Below, in pieces: positions 53,601 to 63,840 of a DNA stretch of 64,000 nt (positions are counted from its first letter, which is position 1; each line of letters opens with the position of its first letter). Source of the stretch: Octopus sinensis (taxonomy: Eukaryota). The notes beneath the pieces were generated by a model, which was not told the origin of the DNA, did not search any database, and worked only from the letters and a program-made list of their open reading frames with translations. The position numbers and the translations under genes were made by a program. Where the stretch lies: NCBI RefSeq assembly GCF_006345805.1, contig NW_021833290.1, positions 1 through 64,000 of the forward strand, given 5' to 3'.

Positions 53601-55286
53601 CAGAAAGTACAGAGAAGAAAAAGAAGAAGAAAAAAAGAAGAAGAAGAAGAAGAAGAAGAAGAAGAAGAAAAATAGAAGAAGAATACAAATAAGTAGAAAA
53701 ATAAGAAGAAAAAAGAAGGCAAAGAAGAAGACAAAAAAGAAGTAGAACACGAAGAAAAGTAACAAGAAGAAGAAGTAGATGAAGTAGAAGAAGAAGAAGA
53801 CGACGAAGAAGAAGAGGAACATGTAGGAGATGAAGAGGGAAAGAAGAAGACGAAGAAGATGAAAAAAAAGAAAAATAGAAGAAGAGAAAGAAGAAATTGA
53901 AGAAAGAGTAGGATGAGTAGGACGAAGAGGGGAGGTTGAGGAGGAGAATTGCAATAAGAAGAAGAAAAAGGAGGAGAAGGAGGTGGAGCAGGAGGGAGAA
54001 TAGGAGAATTACAAGAAGAAGAACAAAACAACAACAACAACAATAAAAAAAATTTATTTCGGTGGAAGTGTGGATAAATAACCACACGGCACCACAGAAT
54101 CAAGAGAACAATGTGTAAGAAAATAGTAGCTAAAACTTATATTAATAGTGCAGATACATACATACATATGAACATACACATATATATTTGCAGGAATTAC
54201 ATTTTTATGCAGACAATTATCAACTGACAGTCATTGACATGTTCAGACTCAATCAAATAAATATAAGACGAATATGAGAACTGAATATGATTTACAGTAA
54301 TAGAGAGTGAGAAAACATGGAAATAAGGGGATATTAAATTTAAAGACATAGTATATTCCTCATGTATAAACGACAACATTGAATGAACTTACAATTTCTC
54401 TAAGTTGTGAAGGCCTTGAAACATCTCCTTTTCAATCCTTGAAATTTTATTGCTGTCAAGAGATCTGAAGCAGGAAACAATATTGCTTAGATTGACATAG
54501 TGTGAATTGCGATAACATATTCAATATTGTTCTTTATGAAAAGGGACAAAATTATAGGAAAATAATACAAGAGGAACAGGAAAGAGATTGAGGAGAAGAA
54601 GAAGACGAAGAAGGGGATGAGGGGAAGCGGAAAAGAAGAAGACTAGGAGGAAAAGGAGGGGGAGTAGAAGTAGAAGAAGGAAGAGTTGGAGGAGGAGGAG
54701 GGGAGAAGAAGAAGAAGGAGGAGGACTGAAGAGGACAAGGAGATGAAGGAGAGAAAGGAACATAGGAGGAGGATGGGCAGAGGAAAAGAAGACAAAGAAG
54801 AAGAGGAGGAGGGGAAGGGGAAAATAAGAAGACAAGGAGGAAGAGGAGTTGGGAGAAGAAGTAGAAGGAGGAGGAGGAGAAGGATGAGTAGGAGGAGTAG
54901 GCGGAGATGAGGAGAAGTAGGTTGAGGACGGGGGAGGACAATGAGATGCAGGAGGGGGAATAGGAGGAGGAGGAGGAATGGGAGGAGTAGAAGAAGAAGA
55001 TGTAGAAGATTAAAAAGAGGAGGAAGAAAAAGAAGATATAGAAGAATGAAGGGGATGGAGAGGAGAAGAATAATAAGAAGAAGAAGCAGGAAAAAGAAGA
55101 GGAAGAAGAAGTAGATGAAGAAGAAGAAGAAGAAGAAAAAGAAGAAGGAGAAGGAAATGGAGGAAAAGAGATGGATGAGGAGGAAGGGGAAGGAGAAGAA
55201 GGAGAAGAAGAAGAAGAACAACAACAACAACAAGAATAAGAAGAAGAAGTAGGAGGAAGAGGAGGAGAATAACAAAATGAAGAAGA

Positions 55287-55317
<31 letters not shown>

Positions 55318-58300
55318 AAGAAGGAGGAGGAAAAGTAGAAGAAGAAAAGAACAAAAAGAAGAAGAAGACGACGACGACGAAGAAGAAGTAGAAGAAGAAG
55401 AAGGAGAAGAAGAAGAAGAAGAAGTAAAAGAAGAAGAAGAAGAAGAAGAAGAAGAAGAAGAAGATACGTTGAAAATCATGGTGTTCAAGACGAAACTGAA
55501 AATGTTGTCATAATATCAGGAAATAATTCAAGGATAGAGCGGTAAATTTTGGGCGAGAAGACATGGCTGAAAAATCAGGGAATATACGGAATCAGAAATC
55601 AACATATTCAAACGCACTCATTCGCATTCTTATAGTCATAGTATCAACGACGGAATGCGCTATGCACACTTACATCACTCATAATCCCACTCACACTTGT
55701 GGAAATATGGTGAGAGAGATTATTTATTTCATATCGCTTCATTGTCAGAAGAATATTAGAAAACACACGCTTACAAGAAATATATCAGCAGTTTAATTGT
55801 ATCAGGCCAAATATTCCAGCTTACAAGTACAGAAAGTATTTCAGGTTTACAGATAGAATGTATGTGACTATATTATTCGAATATATATTTTCCGCTTCCA
55901 CTTCAGTTACATAAATAACGTGAAGTGAATGACAAAATTCGAAGTTGAATGATAATATCGAAACACGAAGGAGAATATTGAAATAAGAAATGGAGGAGGA
56001 TGTAAAATATAAAATAAAGGAATAATATAGTCACATTTCACACAGAACTACACTTATATATGAACATACACATATACTTCAGCTAAAAGTATTTGATGCA
56101 AACATGTAAACTCACAAACGTTACCATTTCTAATACAAATTCATATCAAAACCTTTGAAATTTGGGGAACAAAAATGAGTTATTGAGATGCAAATTGAAA
56201 CAAAGCAACTACAATAAAGGAACATTGTATTTTTCCTATTATTTCACTTTCTCTCTCAAATTCTCTCTCTTTCTTTCACATTGTCTCGCTCTCTCATATT
56301 CTTTTTGTATCTTCCTAAATCGTATTCATTCTACAAATTCGAATTGATTTTGTTTGGTGCAGTCTGAAAGTTTATACATTTGTGAGCTTATATGTCAGCA
56401 TCAATTATAACTTTCGGAAAATAGTATCAAGAAATTAAACGAACTTACAATTCTTTTAAATTTGAAAGCCCCGTGAATGTACCTTCTTTGATGGTTGAAA
56501 TGTTGTTCTCGTACAGATCTCTATAGCAGTAAAGAAAGAGTAAAATAGATTATATGGAAAATATTTGTGATTCGATATCAAACACTGTGACTTCAGAATG
56601 AAAGGAAGAAAAAGAAGAAAGATAACGAAGAAGAAGAAGAAGAAGAAGAAGATTAAGACAGGAAAAGAAGAAGAAGAAGAAAGGAAAAGAAGAAGAAAAA
56701 GAAAGAAAAAGGAGAAGAAGAAGCAGTAGTAGAAGAAAAAGAAAAGTAGAAGAAGGGGAATTAGGGACGAGGTGGAGGATGTGGGGGTGGAGCAGAGGTG
56801 GGGAGGTTAGGAGGAGGACAAAGGAAGGGATGCCTGTTCAGGGGGCCGCTGAGGGTAGCAGCTGAAGGAGCAGGAAGAGCTGGAGACTGAGAATAAGAGG
56901 GAGAATTGGCAGAGAATGGAAAAGAGGGAGACCAGTGACGGAGCATAAAGTACAGAGAAGAAAAAGAAGAAGAAGACAAAGAAGAAGAAGAAGAACAAAA
57001 TTAGAAGAGGAAGAAGGAGGAGGAGAAGAAGTAGAAGAAGAAGCAGAAGAAGAAGAAAACAAAGAAAATTAAGAAGAAGAAGAAAAAAGAAGGCAAAGAA
57101 GAAGTAGAACACGAAGAAAAGTAACAAGAAGAAGAATAAGTAGAAGAAGAAGAAGAGGAAGAAGAAGAAGACAAAGAAAAGGAAGAAGAAGAAGAAGAGG
57201 AAGAAGAAGAAGACGACGAAGAAAAGGAACATGAAGGAGATGGAGAAGGAAAGAAGAAGACGAAGAAGATGAAGAAGAAGAAAAATAGAAGAAGAGAAAG
57301 AAATTGAAGAAAAAGGAGGATGAGTAGGACGAAGAGGGCATGTTGAGGAGGAGAATTGCAATAAGAAGAAGAAAATGAGGAGAAGGAGGTGGAGGAGGAG
57401 GGGGAATAGGAGAATTACAAGAAGAAGAACAAAAACAACAACAACAACAACAAAAATATTATCTCGGTGGAAGTGTGGATAAATAACCACACGGCACCAC
57501 AGAATCAAGAGAACAATGTGTAAGAAAATAGTAGCTAAAACTTATATTAATAGTGCAGATACAGACATACATATGAACATACACATATATATTTTCAGGA
57601 ATAACATTTTTATGCAGACAATTATCAACTGACAGTCATTGACATGTTCAGACTCAATCAAATAAATATAAGACGAATATGAGAACTGAATATGATTTAC
57701 AGTAATAGAGAGTGAGAAAACATGGAAATAAGGGGATATTAAATTTAAAGACATAGTATATTCCTCATGTATAAACGACAACATTGAAAGAACTTACAAT
57801 TCCTCTAAGCTGTGAAGGCCTTGAAACATCTCCTTTTCAATCCTTGAAATTTTATTGTAGGAAAGATCTCTGAAGCAGGAAACAATATTGGTTAGATTAA
57901 CATAGTGTGAATTGCGATAACATATTCAATATTGTTCTTTATGAAGAGGGACAAAATTATAGGAAAATAATACAAGAAGAAGAGGAACAGGAAAGAGATT
58001 AAGGAGAAGATGAAGAAGAAAGAGAGGAGGGGAAGGGGAAAAGAAGAAGTCAAGGAGGAAGAGTAGGGGGGAGAAGAAGTAGAAGAAGGAGGAGTTGGAG
58101 GAGGAGGAGGAGGAGGAGGGGAGGTGAAGTAGGATGAGGACAGGGAAGGACAAGGAGATGCAGGAGGGGGAGGAAAATAGGAGGAGGTGCAGAGGGTAGA
58201 GTATAAGAAGATATAGAAGATTAAAAGTGGAGGAAGAAAAAGAAGTAGAAGGAAGAGGAGGGTGAAAAGAAGAAAAAGAAGAAGAAGAAAAAGAAGAAGT

Positions 58301-61300
58301 AAAACGAGAAGAAGAAGCGGAAAATGAAGAAGAAGTAGAAGCAGGAAAAAAGGAGAAGAAGGAAGAAGAGAAAAATAGGTGGAGGCGGAGGTGGAAGAGG
58401 AAGGGGAAGAAGAAGAAGACAGATGAGAAGGAGGAGGAGGAGGAGGAGGAGGAAGGGGAAGTAGAAGAAAAAGAAGGAGGAGAAGGAGGAGGAGGAAGAG
58501 TAGTAGAAGAAGAAGAATAAGATGAAGAAGAAGAAGATGACACTTTGAATATCATGGTATTCAAGATGAATCTGGAAATGTTCTCAAGATATCAGGAAAT
58601 AATTCAAGGATAGATCGAGAAATTTTGGGCGAGAAGACATGGCTGAAAACTCAGGGAATATACGAAATCAGAAATCAACATATTCAAATGCACTCATACG
58701 CATTTTTATTTTCATAGTATCAACAACGGAATGCGGTATGCACACTCACATCACACATAATCCCACTCACACTTGTGGAAATATGGTGAGAGAGATTATT
58801 TATTTCATATCGCTTCATTGTCAGAAGAATATTAGAAAACACACGCTTACAAGAAATATATCAGCAGTTTAATTGTATCAGGCCAAATATTCCAGCTTAC
58901 AAGTACAGAAAGTATTTCAGGTTTACAGATAGAATGTATGTGACTATATTATTCGAATATATATTTTCCGCTTCCACTTCAGTTACATAAATAACGTGAA
59001 GTGAATGACAAAATTCGAAGTTGAATGATAATATCGAAACACGAAGGAGAATATTGAAATAAGAAATGGAGGAGGATGTAAAATATAAAATAAAGGAATA
59101 ATATAGTCACATTTCACACAGAACTACACTTATATATGAACATACACATATACTTCAGCTAAATGTATTTGATGCAAACATGTAAACTCACAAACGTTAC
59201 CATTTCTAATACAAATTCATATCAAAATCATTGGAATTTGGGGGAAAAATGAGTTATTGAGATGCGAATTGAAACAAAGCAACTACAATAAAGGAACATT
59301 ATATTTTTCCTATTATTTCACTTTCTCCCCCAAATTCTCTCTCTTTCTTTCACATTGTCTCGCTTTCTCCTATTCTCTTTGTATCTTCTTAAATCTTGTT
59401 CATTCTACAAATTTGAATTGATTTTGTTTAGTTCAGTCTGAAATTTTATACATTTGTGAGCTTATATATCAGCATCAATTAATACTTTCGGATAATAGTA
59501 TCAAGAAATTAAACGAACTTACACTGTTTTTAAATTGGAAAGCCCCGTGAATACACCTTCTTTGATGGTTGAAATGTTGTTCCCGAAAAGATATCTATAG
59601 CAGTAAAGAAAGAGTAAAATAGATTATATGGAAAATATTTGTGATACGACATCAAACACTGTGACATCTGAATGAAAGGAAGAAAAAGAAGAAAGATAAC
59701 GAAGAAGAAAAGGAAGAAGAAGGAGGAGGAGGAGGCGAAGAGGAAGAAAAGTAGAAGAAGAAGAATTAGTAGAAGAAGAAAGGAGAAGAGGTAGTAGAAG
59801 AAAAAGAAGCGAAAGAAGGAATACCTGGAAAAAGGAGGAGGAGGATGATAAAAGGGAAGAAGAAGTAGAAGAAAAAGTAAAAGAAGAAGAAGAAGGGGAT
59901 GGGAGGAAAAGAATAACAAGAAGAAGAAGATAAATATAAGAAAGACGAGAGGAGGAGGAGGAGAAGTAGGTGAAGAAGTAGAAATAAGAAGAAGAAGAAG
60001 GAGAAGAAGAACAACAACAAGTCGAAATAGAAGGAGGATGAGGAGGGGGAGGGGAAGAAGAAATATTGCAAGAAGAAGGAAGGAAAGAACAGGAAGAAGA
60101 AGATGTAGAAGTAGTAGAAGCAAGAAAAAGAAGAAAGATAACGAAGAAGAAAAGGAAGAAGAAGGAGGAGGAGGAGGCGAAGAGGAAGAAAAGTAGAAGA
60201 AGAAGAATTAGTAGAAGAAGAAAGGAGAAGAGGTAGTAGAAGAAAAAGAAGCGAAAGAAGGAATACCTGGAAAAAGGAGGAGGAGGATGATAAAAGGGAA
60301 GAAGTAGAAGAAAAAGTAAAAGAAGAAGAAGAAGGGGATGGGAGGAAAAGAATAACAAGAAGAAGAAGATAAATATAAGAAAGACGAGGAGGAGGAGGAG
60401 GAGAAGTAGATGAAGAAGTAGAAATAAGAAGAAGAAGAAGGAGAAGAAGAACAACAACAAGTCGAAATAGAAGGAGGATGAGGAGGGGGAGGGGAAGAAG
60501 AAATATTGCAAGAAGAAGAAGGAAGGAAAGAACAGGAAGAAGAAGATGTAGAAGTAGTAGAAGCAAGAAAAAGAAGAAGATGAAGGAGGTGGAGGAGAAG
60601 GAGATAGAGAATAACAAAAACAGAAGTGAAGAAGAAGAAGGAGGAGGAGGAGGAGTAGAAGAAGAAGTAGAAAGAAGAAGAGGAAGAAAAAAAGAAAAAG
60701 ACAAAGAAGAAGAAGAAGGAAGGGGAGGAAAAAGGAGGAGGAGGAGTGTGAAGGAGGAGAATAAGTAGGAGAACATGAAAAAGAAGAAGAAGATGAAGGA
60801 GGAGGAGGTTGAGAATAACAAAAAGAAGAATATAAGAAGAAGAAAGAGGAGTAGGAGGAGAAGTAGATGAAGAAGTAGAAAGTAGTGGTAGAAGAAGACA
60901 TAGAAGAAGAAGAAAAAAGAAGTAGAAGAATGAGAAGAAGAAATGAAAAAGAAGAAGGAAGGAACAGAAGAAGAAGAATTAGAAGAAGAAGCAGAAGAAG
61001 AAGAAAATGAAGCAGGAGAGGAGGGGAGGAGGAGAATAACAAGAAGAAAAAGGAGGAGGCGCGGAGAGGATTGGGTAGAAAAAAAGAAGAGGAAAAAAGA
61101 AGTAGAAGAAGGAAGGGGAAAAAGGAGGAGGAAGAAGATGAAAGGGAAAAAGTAGGGGTAGAAGAAAAAGAAGAAGAAGAAGAACAAGGAGGAGGAGGAG
61201 GAGGAGTAGATGAAGAAGTTGAAAGTAGAAGAGGAAGAAGTGGAAGAAGAAGAAAAAAGGAGAAGCGAGAGAAGAAGAAGGTTAAGAAGAAGTAGTAGAG

Positions 61301-61612
61301 AGAGAAGAAGAAGAAGAAAAAGAAGAAGAAGAAGGAGGAGAAGAAGGTGCAGCAGGAGGAGAGGAACAGAAGGAAGAAGAAGAAAAAGAAGAAGAAGAAG
61401 AAGAAGAAGAAGAAGAAAAAAGGAGAAGCGAGAGAAGAAGAAGAAGGAGGAGGAGGAGGAGAAGTAGATGAAGAAGAAGAAAAAGAAGAAGAAGAAGAAG
61501 GAAAAGAAGAAGAAAACGAAGGAAAAGAAGAAGAAGGCAGAATACGAAATGACAAAAAGATGAAGAAGAAGGCGGAGAAGGAGAAATAGAATAAGAAAAA
61601 GAACAAAAAGAA

Positions 61613-61644
<32 letters not shown>

Positions 61645-63840
61645 AAAATATAAAGCGGGAGAAGAAGAAGAAGAAGAACAACAACAACAACAACAACAAC
61701 AAAAAGAAGAAAAAGAGGAAGAAGAAGAAGAAGAAGTGGAAAAAGAAAAAGATAAAGAGGGAGAAGAAGAAGAACAACAACAAAAAGAAGAAGAAGAAGA
61801 AGAAGAAGAAGAAGAAAAGATAAAGAGGGAGAAGAAGAAGAAGAAGAAAAAGAAGAAGAAAAAGAAGAAGAAGAAGAAGAAGAAGAAGATGACAATTTAA
61901 AAATGATGGTGTTCATGATGAAACTGAAAATGTTCTCATAATATCAGGAAATAATTCAAGGATAGAGCGATAAATTTTGGGCGAGAAGACATGGCTGAAA
62001 AATCAGGGAATATACGGAATCAGAAATCAACATATTCAAATGCACTCATACGCAATCTTATATTCATAGTATCAACGACGGAATGCGGTATGCACACTTA
62101 CATCACACATATTCCCACTCACCTTTGTGGAAACATGGTGAGAGAGATTATTTATTTCATATCGCTTCATTGTCACAAGAATATTAGAAAACACACGCTT
62201 ACAAGAAATATATCAGCAGTTTAATTTATCAGGCCAAATATTCCAGCTTACAAGTACAGTAAGTATTTCAGGTTTACAGATAGAATGTATGTGACTATAT
62301 TATTCGAATATATATTTTCCGCTTCCACTTCAGTTACATAAATAACGTGAAGTGAATGACAAAATTCGAAGTTGAATGATAATATCGAAACACGAAGGAG
62401 AATATTGAAATAAGAAATGGAGGAGGATGTAAAATATAAAATAAAGGAATAATATAGTCACATTTCACACAGAACTACACTTATATATGAACATACACAT
62501 ATACTTCAGGTAAAAATATTTGATGCAAACATGTAAACTCACAAACGTTACCATTTCTAATACAAATTCATATCAAAATCATTGAAATTTGGGAACAAAA
62601 ATGAGTTATTGAGATGCGAATTGAAACAAAGCAACTACAATAAAGGAACATTATATTTTTCCTATTATTTCACTTTCTCTCTTAAATTCTCTCTCTTTTT
62701 TCACATTGTCTCGCTCTCTCCTATTCTCTTTGTATCTTCCTAAATCGTATTCATTTTACAAATTTGAATTGATTTTGTTCGGTGTAGTCTGAAATATTAT
62801 ACATTTGTGACCTTATATATCAGCATCAATAATATCAAGAAACTGAACGAACTTAAAATTCTTTTAAATGTGAAAGCCCCGTGAATGCTCCTTCTTTGAT
62901 GGTTGCAATGTTGTTGTTCCACAGTTCTCTATAGCAGTAAAGAAAGAGTAAATTAGATTATATGGAAAAAATATGTGATACGACATCAAACACAGTGACA
63001 TCTGAATGAAAGGAAGAAAAAGAAGAAAGATAACGAAGAAGAAGAAGAAGAAGAAGAAGAAGGGGAAGAAGAAGAAGAAGAAGGAGAAGAACAAGAAGAA
63101 GAAGAAGAAGAAGAAGAAGAGGAAGTAAAAGAAGACGAAGACAAAGAAAAGGAAGAAGAAGAAGAAGAAGAGGAAATAGAAGAAGACGACAAAGAAGACG
63201 GAACATGAAGGAGATGAAGAAGGAAAGAAGAAGAGGAAGTATAAAAAGAAGAAAAAGAAGAAGAGAAAGAAGAAATTGAAGAAAAAGGAGGATGAGTAGG
63301 ACGAAGAGGGGAGGTTGAGGAGGAGAATTGCAATAAGAAGAAGAAAATTAGGAGAAGGAGGTGGACGAGGAGGGGGAATAGGAGAATTACAAGAAGAAGA
63401 ACAAAAACAACAACAACAACAACAAAAATATTATCTCGGTGGAAGTGTGGATAAATAACCACACGGAACCTCAGAATCAACAGAACAATGTGTAAGAAAA
63501 TAGTAGCTAAAACTTATATTAATAGTGCAGATACAGACATACATATGAACATACACATATATATTTTCAGGAATAACATTTTTATGCAGACAATTATCAA
63601 CTGACAGTCATTGACATTTCAGACTCAATCAAATAAATATAAGACGAATATGAGAACTGAATATGATTTACAGTAATAGAGAGTGAGAAAACATGGAAAT
63701 AAGGGGATATTAAATTTAAAGACATAGTATATTCCTCATGTATAAACGACAACATTGAAAGAACTTACAATTTCTCTAAGCTGTGAAGGCCTTGAAACAT
63801 CTCTTTTTCAATCCTTGAAATTTTATTGTAGCCAAGATCT
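21816..63840 (-). CDS. Multi-exon gene model (5' end outside window): LRR array - LRRCT - Ly6/uPAR-like - SEA-like - HRM; adhesion-GPCR-like ectodomain
   Basis: 21 minus-strand exons with AG acceptors and mostly GT donors. Phases chain LRR(2-2) > LRRCT(2-1) > Ly6a(1-0) > Ly6b(0-1) > 1-0 > 0-2 > 2-1 > HRM(1-2) > HRM(2-1) after restoring four exons with 1-2 nt homopolymer losses. HRM motif C-x-WPxTxxGxTAxIPC...ATRHC...C-x4-GxWxxPDxSxC. The 31086-31174 exon does not fit the chain. Confidence 0.85.
23371..23485 (-). CDS. HRM domain exon 1 ([38 protein letters not shown])
   Basis: gcttctttttcag / gttcgt, 115 nt, phase 1-2; C...WPxT..G.TA..PC...ATR.C motif of GPCR hormone-receptor domains. Confidence 0.88.
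24889..25043 (-). CDS. SEA-like segment exon 3 ([51 protein letters not shown])
   Basis: tttttatttcag / gtaagt, 155 nt, phase 2-1, open. Confidence 0.85.
25251..25728. mobile_element. Penelope-like non-autonomous cassette with 107-bp inverted terminal copy, in (TA)n
   Basis: 25251-25357 is the reverse complement of 25622-25728; contains a hammerhead motif; a related copy lies at ~16808-17110. Confidence 0.65.
25335..25377 (-). ncRNA. Minimal type I hammerhead motif, family 4 variant
   Basis: ccac-CTGAAGA-ttgtc(ggagca)gacat-GAAA-catttg-TA-gtgg; loop II differs from 16888-16930 while the stem is largely kept. Confidence 0.68.
27479..28451 (+). mobile_element. 5'-truncated copy of the same RTE family with target-site duplication
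   Basis: Starts inside the ADDA motif and has the same 3' end; flanked by aatacatgcgat at 27467-27478 and 28452-28463. Confidence 0.93.
28528..28580 (-). CDS. SEA-like segment exon 2 ([18 protein letters not shown])
   Basis: cttttgcag / gtaagc, 53 nt, phase 0-2. Confidence 0.82.
28750..29048. mobile_element. MITE-like element with ~90-bp imperfect terminal inverted repeats
   Basis: tattctgaaacgcaggataatgctaat...tctgtcggcggccag versus ctggccgccgacaga...attagcatcatcctgcgtttgagaata. Confidence 0.7.
29570..29651 (-). CDS. SEA-like segment exon 1 ([13 protein letters not shown][K][14 protein letters not shown])
   Basis: ccatag / gtgagt; 82 nt versus 83 nt in the intact paralog at 16410-16492 (one A lost in an A-run). 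SEA label is tentative. Confidence 0.78.
30145..30450 (-). mobile_element. Paralogous R4/Dong-like fragment
   Basis: Same family and same flank as 20300-20870; part of the local duplication. Confidence 0.75.
30641..30823 (-). CDS. Ly6/uPAR-like second-half exon ([56 protein letters not shown]...)
   Basis: tattattacag / gtaagt; CC-x3-LCN three-finger terminal motif; +1 A needed for phase-1 exit. Confidence 0.85.
31086..31174 (-). CDS. Exon [29 protein letters not shown] (degenerate Ly6-like first half)
   Basis: 89 nt, ctattttaag / gtaagc, open, phase 1-0, joins the next exon in frame. Confidence 0.6.
32785..32874 (-). CDS. Ly6/uPAR-like first-half exon ([20 protein letters not shown][N]EVTSCPGTE)
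   Basis: ttgtattctgtag / gtaaac; LQCxxC...C...CP motif; needs +2 A in an AA run to stay open. Confidence 0.7.
33471..33605 (+). mobile_element. RTE-type LINE 3' tip (C2H2-like [21 protein letters not shown] plus 3' UTR) in (TATG)n
   Basis: Zinc-finger terminus typical of RTE ORF2. Confidence 0.55.
33641..34790 (-). mobile_element. Degenerate R4/Dong-like LINE RT region
   Basis: [36 protein letters not shown]. Confidence 0.8.
34855..35065. repeat. (TATG)n microsatellite; others include (TATG)n 33368-33470, (GAT)n ~39040-39185, (CA)n ~3230-3306 and (TA)n at ~6690-6800, 11474-11520, 18205-18350, 19214-19300, 25130-25250, 26330-26397, 27125-27330, 30065-30137 and 41466-41550
   Basis: Direct reading. 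Confidence 0.95.
36257..36462 (+). mobile_element. Second tRNA-derived SINE family (ggcgg..agctggcagaa...ttcaaattcc...); other copies at ~20938-21148(-), 22752-22940(-), 22965-23130(-) and 40222-40390(+)
   Basis: A/B-box-like head and shared body gaggtcgactttgc...ggggtcga across five copies. Confidence 0.75.
36840..37110 (-). mobile_element. Degenerate RTE-like LINE fragment (RT thumb region)
   Basis: [18 protein letters not shown]...EMGFLRK...GHAIRM. Confidence 0.6.
37555..37712 (-). CDS. LRR C-terminal cap exon ([52 protein letters not shown])
   Basis: 158 nt, ttattattacag / gtaagt, phase 2-1, open, N-x-CxC...C...C LRRCT pattern. Confidence 0.88.
38316..38641. mobile_element. MITE-like element with ~77-bp terminal inverted repeats
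   Basis: gtataatagccatctcaatatggctaaccac...ggagatcatcgtc versus gacgatgatctcc...gtggttagccatattgagatggatattatac. Confidence 0.75.
38765..38970 (+). mobile_element. R4/Dong-like RLE C-terminus
   Basis: [12 protein letters not shown]...[14 protein letters not shown]. Confidence 0.7.
39210..39345 (+). mobile_element. R4/Dong-like fragment
   Basis: HGQFEK...[25 protein letters not shown]. Confidence 0.65.
40891..40960 (-). CDS. Terminal LRR exon ([14 protein letters not shown][FLFLPSIVK])
   Basis: Acceptor tgtctctttttcag, donor gtaagc. 70 nt; restoring one T in each of two TT runs gives a 72-nt LRR. Confidence 0.75.
42345..43400 (-). mobile_element. Penelope-like element RT relic interrupted by the CR1
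   Basis: KNH...[21 protein letters not shown]...YCRYID...[26 protein letters not shown]. Confidence 0.65.
42725..43156 (+). mobile_element. CR1-clade LINE 3' end with (TAAAC)n tail
   Basis: LSYEGR...[11 protein letters not shown]...GHSEKL...[10 protein letters not shown]...FKVSLD. Confidence 0.88.
45036..45107 (-). CDS. LRR exon A1 ([23 protein letters not shown])
   Basis: 72 nt, cag acceptor, gtaagt donor, phase 2-2. Confidence 0.93.
48030..48101 (-). CDS. LRR exon B1 ([23 protein letters not shown])
   Basis: 72 nt, tag acceptor, gtaagt donor, phase 2-2. Confidence 0.93.
49343..49414 (-). CDS. LRR exon A2 ([23 protein letters not shown])
   Basis: 72 nt, cag acceptor, gtaagt donor, phase 2-2. 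Confidence 0.93.
50446..50517 (-). CDS. LRR exon A3 ([23 protein letters not shown]), donor damaged
   Basis: 72 nt, cag acceptor. A 4-nt deletion (gaacttacaatt > gaacaatt on + strand) turns donor gtaagt into gttctt. Confidence 0.8.
53157..53228 (-). CDS. LRR exon B2 ([23 protein letters not shown])
   Basis: 72 nt, tag acceptor, gtaagt donor, phase 2-2. Confidence 0.93.
54393..54464 (-). CDS. LRR exon A4 ([23 protein letters not shown])
   Basis: 72 nt, cag acceptor, gtaagt donor, phase 2-2. Confidence 0.93.
56449..56520 (-). CDS. LRR exon B3 ([23 protein letters not shown])
   Basis: 72 nt, tag acceptor, gtaagt donor, phase 2-2. Confidence 0.93.
57798..57869 (-). CDS. LRR exon A5 ([23 protein letters not shown])
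   Basis: 72 nt, cag acceptor, gtaagt donor, phase 2-2. Confidence 0.93.
59523..59594 (-). CDS. LRR exon B4 ([23 protein letters not shown])
   Basis: 72 nt, tag acceptor, gtaagt donor, phase 2-2. Confidence 0.93.
62857..62928 (-). CDS. LRR exon B5 ([23 protein letters not shown]), donor mutated
   Basis: 72 nt, acceptor ctttactgctatag intact; donor reads ttaagt instead of gtaagt. Confidence 0.8.
63769..63840 (-). CDS. LRR exon A6 (L|[23 protein letters not shown]|L)
   Basis: 72 nt, acceptor tttcctgcttcag, donor gtaagt, phase 2-2, LxxLxLxxNxI consensus. Confidence 0.93.

Noticed and set aside
43405-63480. Long ORFs rich in L/F/S or K/E/R (up to 719 aa)
   Set aside because: They are translations of GAA/CTT repeat tracts lacking stops by composition; the real coding signal is the 72-nt exons.
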